Translations under genes and position numbers: made by a program
Notes under the pieces: model-generated
The model's input: the letters and a program-made list of their open reading frames with translations, nothing else
What the model was told of the DNA's origin: nothing
Database searches by the model: none
Assembly: GCA_963920595.1 (NCBI GenBank)
Contig: OY986948.1
Span: forward strand, 5,146,001-5,210,000
DNA: 64,000 nt
Reading direction: 5' to 3'
From: Eimeria praecox
Taxonomy: Eukaryota
Shown: positions 39,101 through 51,030 of the stretch, in pieces
Layout of the letters: every line of letters begins with the position of its first letter
How positions within the stretch are numbered: the stretch's first letter is position 1

Positions 39101-42100
39101 GCTTGGTTTTTCAGTGCCTCGGTTTGCATTACGGTATGTTATTAGAAGGTGCTGTGTGGACTGGCTAAGACAGCATGAGTGCAGTGCGACACAGATCAGG
39201 CGCGGCGAAGGCGAGGTCCGATGTACCTGGCCGAGTGGTGGGCGGGGTGGGGTCGGTGGTGCGGCTCGGAGTGCTGATCTCCATGGGCATGCCTGTGCCT
39301 GATATGAGCGAGCGTACAGCACCTAGTTATGGGCGGGCGCATAGCTTGGCGATATCACTGGAATTGTATGGTTCTCAAGTGCGTGCATGTGGCACGTCTA
39401 TCTTTGTCATTCAGTATGCTGTTCTCGCTGTTCAAGCTTTATCGCACCTGCACGTAAAAGGCTGAACAACGGGTTGGATGATCCTGTATTCTGCGCGCGC
39501 CCTCCATTCATCGTACCCTAGAAGCTTTTCTATTGCCGTCGGCCTTTCAACAGAAAGCGACTTGATGCAGCGCTCCTACGGGGCTATGATGAATATGCAT
39601 GCTGCGCTTATTGAAGGCGATTACATGCTCGCACATGTACAGATGCGGCATTCAGCGGCGTGTCGTGCTGCTCAGGACGTATGCGCTTAGTTTTCATCGA
39701 CAGTTGTGAAGGTTTCCAGAGGGCTGCAGAGAGCACCCTGAGCCGCGAATGTGAGGCCTGCTGAGGCCATGCACCTACTCCGAGTCATATTCGTATTTGC
39801 ATGCCGGCGTGGTCGGTGCGTAAACGCTGGTGTTTTTGTGTGTTCAGCAACATATGCGTTTGAAGAAGGGAACTTGCACGAGCAGGGGAGGCGCGGAATG
39901 GCTTTGCTCGAGCAGTGCGATTCTTCGGTGTTCTTAGAGGAAGGGTGGCGCGGAGGTTGTATTTGCATTTGCCGGAGAGGTTCTGACAAGGTGCCGGACA
40001 AGCTACCGCTGTATGGGGTTATTCCAGTATCAGTGCAGCGCGATGCACTACAAAATCCAGGATTCTGACTATTTAGGGAGCGGGACGGGTGATGGCCGAT
40101 GTGGTGTAAGCACTGTGGTGCGGACGACTGCTGTGCATGGGTCTGCGTAGGTGGACGTGCAGCAAGTATTTTGATGCTGGTGTTTGGCTTTACGCGAGAT
40201 GTGGAAATGTTTGGTCTTCGCGTGAATGGTTTGCGCGAGTGTGTGCATAATGGTCAGTCATTTTGCGCTTCTTGTAATCAAGGTTTGGGCGGTTGTAGAG
40301 GGAATTGCGTGATCTGCGTGGTGGCCTGTGCTGCCTTGCGCATGTGCAGGTCAGGCCATTTATCATATATTGCAAGCTTTTCCTGTCTCATCGGCCTTTC
40401 ATGAAAATCCTGCTCTTAGTTGTTGCCTAGCATGAGCAGCTGCTTTGTGCCGTGGACAAGCATTGTGGGAAGGCCGTGATTTTTATAGAATGCTTTTTCA
40501 GAGAATTGGTCGATGCGCATGCTGTTTCATGCATCGAAGGCGAGGGTACGTCAGGCGCGCGTCTAAGGTAAATCCGTCATGCCTGTCGTTTTTGTTGCCA
40601 CGGCGTGTGCGATGCACAGGAAGTATGCGCATAAAATGTATTAGCCGTTGTGGAGGTGTTTAAATAGCTGCCGGGAGTACTCTGAGGAGCGAGTGTGAGG
40701 CCTGCTGAGGCCATGCACGTAGTTCGAGTCAGAGTTTGATTGGCATGTCGGCCTGGCCGGCAGGTGAAACTGTGCGTTCAGCAACATATACGTTTGTAGA
40801 AGGAAACTTCCACAAGCAGGGGAAGCGCGGAATGGCTTTGCTCGAGCAGTGCGATTCTTCGGTGTTCTTAGGGGAAGGGTGGCGGGGAGGTTGTATATGC
40901 ATTTGCCGGAGAGGTTCTGGCATTACAAGGTGCCGGACACGCTACCGCTGTATGGGGTTATTCCAGTATCAGTGCAGCGCAATGCAATACAAAATCCAGG
41001 ATTCTGACTATTTAGGGAGCGGGATGGGTGATGGCCGATGTGGTGTAAGCACTGTGGTGCGGACGACTGCTGTGCATGGGTCTGCGTAGGTGGACGTGCA
41101 GCAAGTATTTTGATGCTGGTGTTTGGCTTTACGCGAGATGTGGAAATGTTTGGTCTTCGCGTGAATGGTTTGCGCGAGTGCGAGCATAATGGTCAGTCAT
41201 TTTGCGCTTCTTGTAATCAAGGTTTGGGCGGTTGTAGAGGGAATTGCGTGATCTGCGTGGTGACCTGTGCTGCCTTGCGCAGGTGCAGGTCAGGCCATTC
41301 ATGTCTCATCGGCCTTTCATGAAAATCCTGCTATTAGGCGTTGCCTAGCGTTAGCAGCTGCTTTGTGCCGTGGACAAGCATTGTGGGAAGGCCGTGATTT
41401 TTATGGAATGCTTTTTCAGAGAATTGGTTGATGCGCATGCTGTTTCATGCATCGAAGGCGAGGGTACGTCATGCGCTCGTATAAGGTGGATCCGTCACGC
41501 CTGTCGTCTTTGTTGCAACGGCGTGTGCGATGTACAGGACGTATGCGCATAAATTGTATTAGCCGTTGTGGAGGTGTTTAAATAGCTGCCGGGAGTACTC
41601 TGAGGAGCGAGTGTGAGGCCTGCTTTGGGCCCGCCCCTCCTGCAAGGCGCTGTTCTACGTGCATGCTCTATTGCGAGTAGCTTGGGAGCAGTAGTAGCTG
41701 CGAACTTGAAAACATTCGTGCTTATGGGGAACGTGGAGGGAAGAAGCGTTTTCGTCTTATGTACGGTTTGCTCATTGTAGGTGGGTTTGTGGGTCTGGAT
41801 GGGGAATGAGTACTGCATGGGGTGTTACACTGCCGAATGTACCGTAAGAAATGTTTGAGGAAGGGCCTGATTTCGATGCTTGGTCACCTTGCAACAGTCA
41901 TATTTGGCTATAGTGCACGCCTCACGTATGTGTTCGGCCTGCGTGAAGTGCCCTATGGGTACGTTTCTGGAGGGTGAGAGCAGAGCAGGTGAAGATGCAA
42001 ACGTGCACGGATTTGAAGTCAGGCAGCAGTCATACACAAGGCGCGAAGCCGCCGTCGTGAAGGATATGAAGGGCATGGAGTCTGTTCGCAACGTCTAAGG

Positions 42101-42579
42101 AATTAGGTAATACATTCGAAGCAACTCTCACGGTGACGTGTGTGCAAGCACGTCTTTGACAAAGCCTAGATTGGACACAGAGCTGAGATATTGCATGTTG
42201 GTCACGACAGCAGGCCAGCAGTAGCGTGGTCTGCTACGGCCTGTCCGTAGATACTCTTTTCTTGAGCTCCTTTTGTATTTTGGAGCATTGGTTGTAATTA
42301 ATCCCGTTAACTGTGGGGACAGGCGTTTGCACAGGCAGCAACGAGGGCTTTCACGGCACATGCTGTGTGGCATTGGCTGCAGTGTTGGACACAAGGCGCA
42401 TACGGCGCCTCCTGCGGCTTGTCTTACATGCATGCGTTTTGAGCTATGTTAGGCATCAGGCTAGCAATGATCCCGAATATTTACAGAGTGCAAGAAGGTG
42501 CATTGACAGCGTATGGCGTTTGGCAATATGTTTGGTGCATTGCAGAAGGTGCGCACGGTGGCTCATATTGGCTGTCTGT
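33136..42579. repeat. Large unit copy 4 (9444 bp; two 918-type sub-repeats; distal half most diverged)
   Basis: Anchor-to-anchor distance. Private variants accumulate after ~36600, e.g. 38695-38850. Confidence 0.95.
39751..41624. repeat. 918-bp tandem sub-array, cluster 4 (2 copies)
   Basis: Cores at ~40076 and ~41014. Confidence 0.96.
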
Positions 42580-43080
42580 GAAAACTGGTACAGCTGATCT
42601 TCGGGATGTATACCTCGCTGCTAAGCGAACGGCGGGACCTCGGGAACAACCGGAAATTACTTCGTTATGAATGCGTACGGCGTTGATATCCTTGCGAACT
42701 CGGGGTAGCGCTTCGACTGCACGAACCGGAGAGTCTGTGCCAATACGCGTTTGCGCCTGGACTGGATGCGATAGCATCTGTATGGTGGCTGACCACGCTT
42801 GGATGAACAGGAGCCCCATATGCCTTGGCAAGCTGTAAGCGGGGTGTAGGGACCGATGAGATGCTGGCCGCATCGGGGGGCATCTACCACAGCAACTTCC
42901 TTTCCGCTTCGCTTCGGGAGCACTGTGTACACGCGCCGCAGATTGTATTCAATCATGGCAATCATGGAGGGCACCAATGCTTGCGGCTTCCTGCCGTGGG
43001 AGTTTAGATACTAAGGGATGCGACGGATGCCAGACGAGATGACACACACCTCCTGCTGTGGGTTAGTTTGCAGGGCGTGC
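42580..43080. repeat. Diverged super-unit segment homologous to ~8790-9300
   Basis: GGTACAGCTGATCTTCG (~42588) matches GGTATAGCTGAGCTTCG (~8800). TGGACTGGATGCGATAGCATCTGT (~42758) matches TGGACTGGCTAAGACAGCATGTGT (~8966). Its 3' part (ATTGTATTCAATCATGG...GGGCGTGCA) also matches the ~975-bp unit. Confidence 0.8.
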
Positions 43081-43125
43081 ACATTATTAACATTTTTTAT
43101 TAGCATTAGCATCATTATTATTTGC
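43081..43125. repeat. AT-rich low-complexity junction made of CATTA/TTAGCA micro-repeats
   Basis: The sequence ACATTATTAACATTTTTTATTAGCATTAGCATCATTATTATTTGC is a sharp compositional outlier at the start of the array. Confidence 0.8.
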
Positions 43126-46100
43126 ATCAGTATGGGGGGCCTTGGCAAGCAGCACGTTTAAATGTGAAGCTGCGTTTATGTGTGGTCAAGAGAATCGGAG
43201 AGGCTCCGACGCAACCACTTCGCCTGCTGTCATCGTCTGCAAAGTGAAGGAAGGGTTTGGTCACGCTGCTATAGACGGTGGATGAAGACTACATATGGCG
43301 CTTGCAACGTTTTCTGCAGGGTTTGGCTGTTGGTAGTTGAGCTGTCTGGGGGATCATGAGACGCTCTCGTTGGGGGTCCATTTCGCGGCTGCGTTGATCA
43401 TGAGAGTTTTCAGGAAGCACTGCTATTGGGCTGCTTTAAAGGTGCATGCACAACTGCGGGATGCCCATGGAGCTTGGGTTGGCGAGGAACCTACAAGGCA
43501 TTATGTCTTGCTTCGGCGCATTCCAGCACTGGTACGCAGTATGTGTAGGATGCAGAAGATGTGCTATTTCTGTCCCTATGTGTTGATGCTTCCAGCGAGT
43601 AAGGGGGAACGAAGGGGCAGAAGTTTTCGTCTTTGTTGATGGGCCATTTTGAGGATGTTTGGGCGCTAATGATAATTTGAGGTGGCAAGATTGCGGTCAG
43701 TGCTTCCTCGTGTTGAATGAAACACATGAATTCCTGGGCACCCCGGTAGCATTGGCATTTGATTGTTGTTGTCAGACCATCCCCATAGCCGCTGTGTGGG
43801 GATTTTCAGGTCATTGTGGATGTGTGGCAGAGAGATGGCAGCTGCGTGTGGTTACGTGGACGGCAGGAATTCGCGTTGCATTTTGTTTTGGGGAGAAACA
43901 TAGAGTTTTCGTGTGCATTGTATTGAATCATGGAGAGCCCATACGCTTGCCACCTGTTGCTTTGCGTGTTTAGACTCTAGGCGATGCAGCGGTTGAGGCA
44001 GGACACACGCAATGCTGTGGGTCAGTTTGGAGGGCGTGCAGGTTATTCGTGGGAGGCGTCAGCATATTTGAGTAGTGAGGGGAGATGTATCGGTGGGTTT
44101 GTGCACCAGTATGGGGGGCCTTGGCAAGCAGCACGTTTAAATGTGAAGCTGCGTTTATATGTGGTCAGGAGAATCGAAGAGGCTCCGAAGCAACCACTTC
44201 GCCCGTTGTCATCGCCTGCAAAGTGAAGGAAGGGTTTGGTCACACTGCTATAGACAGTAAGCGGGAATACTCCATATGGCGCCTGCAACGTTTTCTGCAG
44301 GGTTTGGCTGTTGGTAGTGGAGCTCTCTGGGGGATCATGAGACGCTCTCGTTGGGGGTGCAGTTGGGTGCCGCGTTGATCATGAGAGTTTTCAGGAAGCA
44401 CTGCTATTGGGCTGATTTTAAAGGTGCATGCAGAACTGCGAGATGCCCATGGAGCTTGGGTTGGCGAGGAACCTGCAAGGCGTGATGTCGTGACTCGGCG
44501 CATTCCAGCACTGGCACGCAGTATGTGTAGGATGCAGAAGATTTGCTCTTTTTGCATCCTTGCTTTACTGCCTCCAGCCAGTAAGAGAAAAGAGGGGGAA
44601 CAAGTTTTGATCTTTGCTGATGGGTCATTTTGAGGATGTTTGGCCACTAATGTGGAGAGTGGACGATTGTGGTCAGTGTTGTTTCGTGTTGAATGAAACA
44701 CATGAATTCCTGGGCACCCCGGTAGCATTAACGTTTGATTGTTGTTGTCAGACCATCCCCATAGCCGCTGTGTGGGGATTTTCAGGTCATTGTGGATGTG
44801 TGGGAGAGAGATGGCAGCTGCGTGTGGTTACGTGGACGGCAGGAATTCGCGTTGCATTTTGTTTGGGGGAGAAACATAGAGTTTTCGTGTGCATTGTATT
44901 GAATCATGGAGAGCCCATACGCTTGCCACCTGTTGCTTTGCGTGTTTAGACTCTAGGCGATGCAGCGGTTGAGGCAGGACACACGCAATGCTGTGGGTCA
45001 GTTTGGAGGGCGTGCATATTATTAGCAGTAGGCGTCAGCATATTTGAGTAGTGAGGGGAGATGTATCGGTGGGTTTGTGCACCAGCATGGGGAACCTTTG
45101 GCAAGCAGCACGTTTAAATGTGAAGCTGCGTTTATATGTGGTCAGGAGAATCGAAGAGGCTCCGAAGCAACCACTTCGCCCGTTGTCATCGTCCGTACAG
45201 TGAAGGAAGGGTTTGGGCACGCTGCTATAGACGGTGGATGAAGACTACATATGGCGCTTGCAACGTTTTCTGCAGGGTTTGGCTGTTGGTAGTTGAGCTG
45301 TCTGGGGGATCATGAGACGCTCTCGTTGGGGGTCCATTTCGGGGCTGCATTGGTCATGAGAGTTTTCAGGAAGCACTGCTATTGGGTTGCTTTAAAGGTG
45401 CACGCAGAACTGCGAGATGCCCATGGAGCTTGGGTTGGCGAGGAACCTGCAAGGCGTGATGTCGTGACTCGGCGCATTCCAGCACTGGCACGCAGTATGT
45501 GTAGGATGCAGAAGGTATGCTGGTGTTGCGTCTTTGCTTTACTGCCTCCAGCCAGTAAGAGTAAAAGAGGGGGAAGAAGTTTTGATATTTGCTGATGGGT
45601 CATTTTGAGGATGTTTGGCCACTAATGTGGAGAGTGGACGATTGTGGTCAGTGGTATTTCGTGCCGAAAGAAACACGTGAATTCCTGGGCACCCCGGTAG
45701 CATTAACGTTTGATTGTTGTTGTCAGACCATCCCCATAGCCGCTGTGTGGGGATTTTCAGGTCATTGTGGATGTGTGGGAGAGAGATGGCAGCTGCGTGT
45801 GGTTACGTGGACGGCAGGAATTCGCGTTGCATTTTGTTTGGGGGAGAAACATAGAGTTTTCGTGTGCATTGTATTGAATCATGGAGAGCCCATACGCTTG
45901 CCACCTGTTGCTTTGCGTGTTTAGACTCTAGGCGATGCAGCGGTTGAGGCAGGACACACGCAATGCTGTGGGTCAGTTTGGAGGGCGTGCAGGTTATTCG
46001 TGGGAGGCGTCAGCATATTTGAGTAGTGAGGGGAGATGTATCGGTGGGTTTGTGCACCAGTATGGGGGGCCTTGGCAAGCAGCACGTTTAAATGTGAAGC

Positions 46101-49100
46101 TGCGTTTATATGTGGTCAGGAGAATCGAAGAGGCTCCGAAGCAACCACTTCGCCCGTTGTCATCGTCCGTACAGTGAAGGAAGGGTTTGGGCACGCTGCT
46201 ATAGACGGTGGATGAAGACTACATATGGCGCCTGCAACGTTTTCTGCAGGGTTTGGCTGTTGGTAGTTGAGCTGTCTGGGGGATCATGAGACGCTCTCGT
46301 TGGGGGTCCATTTCGCGGCTGCGTTGATCATGAGAGTTTTCAGGAAGCACTGCTATTGGGCTGTTTTAAAGGTGCATGCACAACTGCGAGATGCCCATGG
46401 AGCTTGGGTTGGCGAGGAACCTACAAGGCATTATGCCTTGCTTCGGCGCATTCCAGCACTGGTACGCAGTATGTGTAGGATGCAGAAGATGTGCTATTTC
46501 TGTCCCTGTGTGTTGATGCTTCCAGCGAGTAAGGGGGAACGAAGGGGCAGAAGTTTTCGTCTTTGTTGATGGGCCATTTTGAGGATGTTTGGGCGCTAAT
46601 GATAATTTGAGGTGGCAAGATTGCGGTCAGTGCTTCCTCGTGTTGAATGAAACACATGAATTCCTGGGCACCCCGGTAGCATTGACATTTGATTGTTGTT
46701 GTCAGACCATCCCCATAGCCGCTGTGTGGGGATTTTCAGGTCATTGTGGATGTGTGGGAGAGAGATGGCAGCTGCATGTGGTTACGTGGACGGCAGGAAT
46801 TCGCGTTGCATTTTGTTTGGGGGAGAAACATAGAGTTTTCGTGTGCATTGTATTGAATCATGGAGAGCCCATACGCTTGCCACCTGTTGCTTTGCGTGTT
46901 TAGACTCTAGGCGATGCAGCGGTTGAGGCAGGACACACGCAGTGCTGTGGGTCAGTTTGGAGGGCGTGCATATTATTAGCAGTAGGCGTCAGCATATTTG
47001 AGTAGTGAGGGGAGATGTATCGGTGGGTTTGTGCACCAGCATGGGGAACCTTTGGCAAGCAGCACGTTTAAATGTGAAGCTGCGTTTATATGTGGTCAGG
47101 AGAATCGAAGAGGCTCCGAAGCAACCACTTCGCCTGCTGTCATCGTCCGTACAGTGAAGGAAGGGTTTGGTCACGCTGCTATAGACGGTGGATGAAGACT
47201 ACATATGGCGCTTGCAACGTTTTCTGCAGGGTTTGGCTGTTGGTAGTTGAGCTCTCTGGGGGATCATGAGACGCTCTCGTTGGGGGTGCAGTTGGGTGCC
47301 GCGTTGATCATGAGAGTTTTCAGGAAGCACTGCTATTGGGCTGATTTTAAAGGTGCATGCAGAACTGCGAGATGCCCATGGAGCTTGGGTTGGCGAGGAA
47401 CCTGCAAGGCGTGATGTCGTGACTCGGCGCATTCCAGCACTGGTACGCAGTATGTGTAGGATGCAGAAGATGTGCTATTTCTGTCCCTGTGTGTTGATGC
47501 TTCCAGCGAGTAAGGGGAAACGAAGGGGCAGAAGTTTTCGTCTTTGTTGATGGGCCATTTTGAGGATGTTTGGGCGCTAATGATAATTTGAGGTGGCAAG
47601 ATTGCGGTCAGTGCTTCCTCATGTTGAATGAAACACATGAATTCCTGGGCACCCCAGTAGCATTGGCATTTGATTGTTGTTGTCAGACCATCCCCATAGC
47701 CGCTGTGTGGGTATTTTCAGGTCATTGTGGATGTGTGGGAGAGAGATGGCAGCTGCATGTGGTTACGTGGACGGCAGGAATTCGCGTTGCATTTTGTTTT
47801 GGGGAGAAACATAGAGTTTTCGTGTGCATTGTATTGAATCATGGAGAGCCCATACGCTTGCCACCTGTTGCTTTGCGTGTTTAGACTCTAGGCGATGCAG
47901 CGGTTGAGGCAGGACACACGCAATGCTGTGGGTCAGTTTGGAGGGCGTGCAGGTTATTCGTGGGAGGCGTCAGCATATTTGAGGAGTGAGGGGAGATGTA
48001 TCGGTGGGTTTGTGCACCAGTATGGGGGGCCTTGGCAAGCAGCACGTTTAAATGTGAAGCTGCGTTTATATGTGGTCAGGAGAATCGAAGAGGCTCCGAA
48101 GCAACCACTTCGCCCGTTGTCATCGTCCGTACAGTGAAGGAAGGGTTTGGGCACGCTGCTATAGACGGTGGATGAAGACTACATATGGCGCTTGCAACGT
48201 TTTCTGCAGGGTTTGGCTGTTGGTAGTTGAGCTGTCTGGGGGATCATGAGACGCTCTCGTTGGGGGTCCATTTCGCGGCTGCGTTGGTCATGAGAGGTTT
48301 CAGGAAGCACTGCTGTTGGGTTGGTTTAAAGGTGCATGCAGAACTGCGAGATGCCCATGGAGCTTGGGTTGGCGAGGAACCTGCAAGCCGTGATGTCGTG
48401 ACTCGGCGCATTCCAGCACTGGCACGCAGTATGTGTAGGAAGCAGAAGATTTGCTCTTTTTGCATCCTTGCTTTACTGGCTCCAGCCAGTAAGGGAAAAG
48501 AGGGGGAACAAGTTTTGATCTTTGCTGATGGGTCATTTTGAGGATGTTTGGGCGCTAATGTGGAGGTGAGACGATTGTGGTCAGTGTTGTTTCGTGCTGA
48601 AAGAAACACGTGAATTCCTGGGCACCCCGGTAGCATTGACGTTTGATTGTTGTTGTCAGACCATCCCCATAGCCGCTGTGTGGGGATTTTCAGGTCATTG
48701 TGGATGTGTGGGAGAGAGATGGCAGCTGCATGTGGTTACGTGGACGGCAGGAATTCGCGTTGCATTTTGTTTTGGGGAGAAACATAGAGTTTTCGTGTGC
48801 ATTGTATTGAATCATGGAGAGCCCATACACTTGCCACCTGTTGCTTTGCGTGTTTAGACTCTAGGCGATGCAGCGGTTGAGGCAGGACACACGCAATGCT
48901 GTGGGTCGGTTTGGAGGGCGTGCAGGTTATTCGTGGGAGGCTTCAACATATCTGACTAGTGAGGGACGATGTATCGGTGGGCTTTTGTATCAGTGTGAGG
49001 GTGCTGGGCAAGCAGCACGTTTAAATGTGAAGCTGGGTTTATGTGTGGTCAGGAGAATCGGAGAGGCTCCGATGCAACCACTTCGCCCGTTGTCATCGTC

Positions 49101-51030
49101 CGTACAGTGAAGGAAGGGTTTGGGCACGCTGCTATAGACGGTGGATGAAGACTCCATATGGCGCCTGCAACGTTTTCTGCAGGGTTTGGCTGTTGGTAGT
49201 TGAGCTGTCTGGGGGATCATGAGACGCTCCCGTTGGGGGTACAATTAGGTGCTGCGTTGGTCGTGAGAGTTTTCAGGAAGCACTGCTGTTTGCCTGCTTA
49301 AAGGTGCATGCAGAACTGCGGGATGCCCATGGAGCTTGGGTTGGCGAGGAACCTGCGAGGCGTTATGCCTTTTTTCTGCGCATTCCAGCACTGGCACGCA
49401 GTATGTGTAGGATGCAGAAGGTATGCTGGTGTTGCGTCTTTGCTTTACTGCCTCCAGCCAGTAAGAGTAAAAGAGGGGGAAGAAGTTTTGATATTTGCTG
49501 ATGGGTCATTTTGAGGATGTTTGGCCACTAATGTGGAGAGTGGACGATTGTGGTCAGTGGTGTTTCGTGCCGAAAGAAACACGTGAATTCCTGGGCACCC
49601 CGGTAGCATTGGCATTTGATTGTTGTTGTCAGACCATCCCCATAGCCGCTGTGTGGGGATTTTCAGGTCATTGTGGATGTGTGGGAGAGAGATGGCAGCT
49701 GCATGTGGTTACGTGGACGGCAGGAATTCGCGTTGCATTTTGTTTTGGGGAGAAACATAGAGTTTTCGTGTGCATTGTATTGAATCATGGAGAGCCCATA
49801 CGCTTGCCACCTGTTGCTTTGCGTGTTTAGACTCTAGGCGATGCAGAACATGAGGCAGGAGACACGCAATGCTGTGGGTCAGTTTGGAGGGCGAGCAGGT
49901 TATTCGTGGGAGGCGTCAACATATCTGACTCGTGAGGGAAGATGTATCGGTGGGCTTTTGTATCAATGTGAGGGGCCTTGGCAAGCAGCACGTTTAAATG
50001 TGAAGCTGGGTTTATGTGTGATCAGGAGAATCGGAGAGGTTCCGACGCAACCACTTCGCCCGTTGTCATCGCCTGCAAAGTGAAGGAAGGGTTTGGTCAC
50101 ACTGCTATAGACAGTAAGCGGGAATACTCCATATGGCGCCTGCAACGTTTTCTGCAGGGTTTGGCTGTTGGTAGTGGAGCTCTCTGGGGGATCATGAGAC
50201 GCTCTCGTTGGGGGTGCAGTTGGGTGCCGCGTTGATCATGAGAGTTTTCAGGAAGCACTGCTATTGGGCTGATTTTAAAGGTGCATGCAGAACTGCGAGA
50301 TGCCCATGGAGCTTGGGTTGGCGAGGAACCTGCAAGGCGTGATGTCGTGACTCGGCGCATTCCAGCACTGGCACGCAGTATGTGTAGGATGCAGAAGATT
50401 TGCTCTTTTTGCATCCTTGCTTTACTGCCTCCAGCCAGTAAGAGAAAAGAGGGGGAACAAGTTTTGATCTTTGCTGATGGGTCATTTTGAGGATGTTTGG
50501 CCACTAATGTGGAGAGTGGACGATTGTGGTCAGTGTTGTTTCGTGTTGAATGAAACACATGAATTCCTGGGCACCCCGGTAGCATTAACGTTTGATTGTT
50601 GTTGTCAGACCATCCCCATAGCCGCTGTGTGGGGATTTTCAGGTCATTGTGGATGTGTGGGAGAGAGATGGCAGCTGCATGTGGTTACGTGGACGGCAGG
50701 AATTCGCGTTGCATTTTGTTTTGGGGAGAAACATAGAGTTTTCGTGTGCACTGTATTGAATCATGGAGAACCCATACGCTTGCCACCTGTTGGTTTGCGT
50801 GTTTAGACTCTAGGCGATGCAGCGGATGAAGCGGGAGACACGGAGGGCTGTGGGTCAGTTTGGAGGGCGTGCATATTATTAGCAGTAGGCGTCAACATAT
50901 CTGACTAGTGAGGGAAGATGTATCGGTGGGCTTTTGTATCAGTGTGAGGGGCCTTGGCAAGCAGCACGTTTAAATGTGAAGCTGCATTTGTATGTGGTCG
51001 AGAGAGTTGGAGGGGGTCCGATGCAGCCTC
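43124..51030. repeat. Tandem array of about 8 copies of a 973-981 bp unit
   Basis: GAATTCCTGGGCACCCC occurs at 43728, 44704, 45679, 46658, 47639, 48612, 49585 and 50561 (spacings 976, 975, 979, 981, 973, 973, 976). Confidence 0.98.

Larger units (their letters stand above)
1..42579. repeat. Head-to-tail tandem array of near-identical 9.4-10.4 kb units (4 full copies plus a partial one, open at the left window edge)
   Basis: The same ORF series recurs, e.g. the 184-aa ORF at 6269, 16641, 26101 and 36468. The anchor ATATTGGCTG(A/T)CTGT ends at 2935, 13314, 22768, 33135 and 42579, and near-identity stops after 42579. Confidence 0.98.

Noticed and set aside
43124..51030. CRISPR-like or spliced-leader/snRNA gene array (constant plus variable blocks)
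   Set aside because: Units are about 1 kb, and the variable blocks are homologous alleles rather than unique spacers. I see no cas genes and no recognisable SL or U-snRNA motif.
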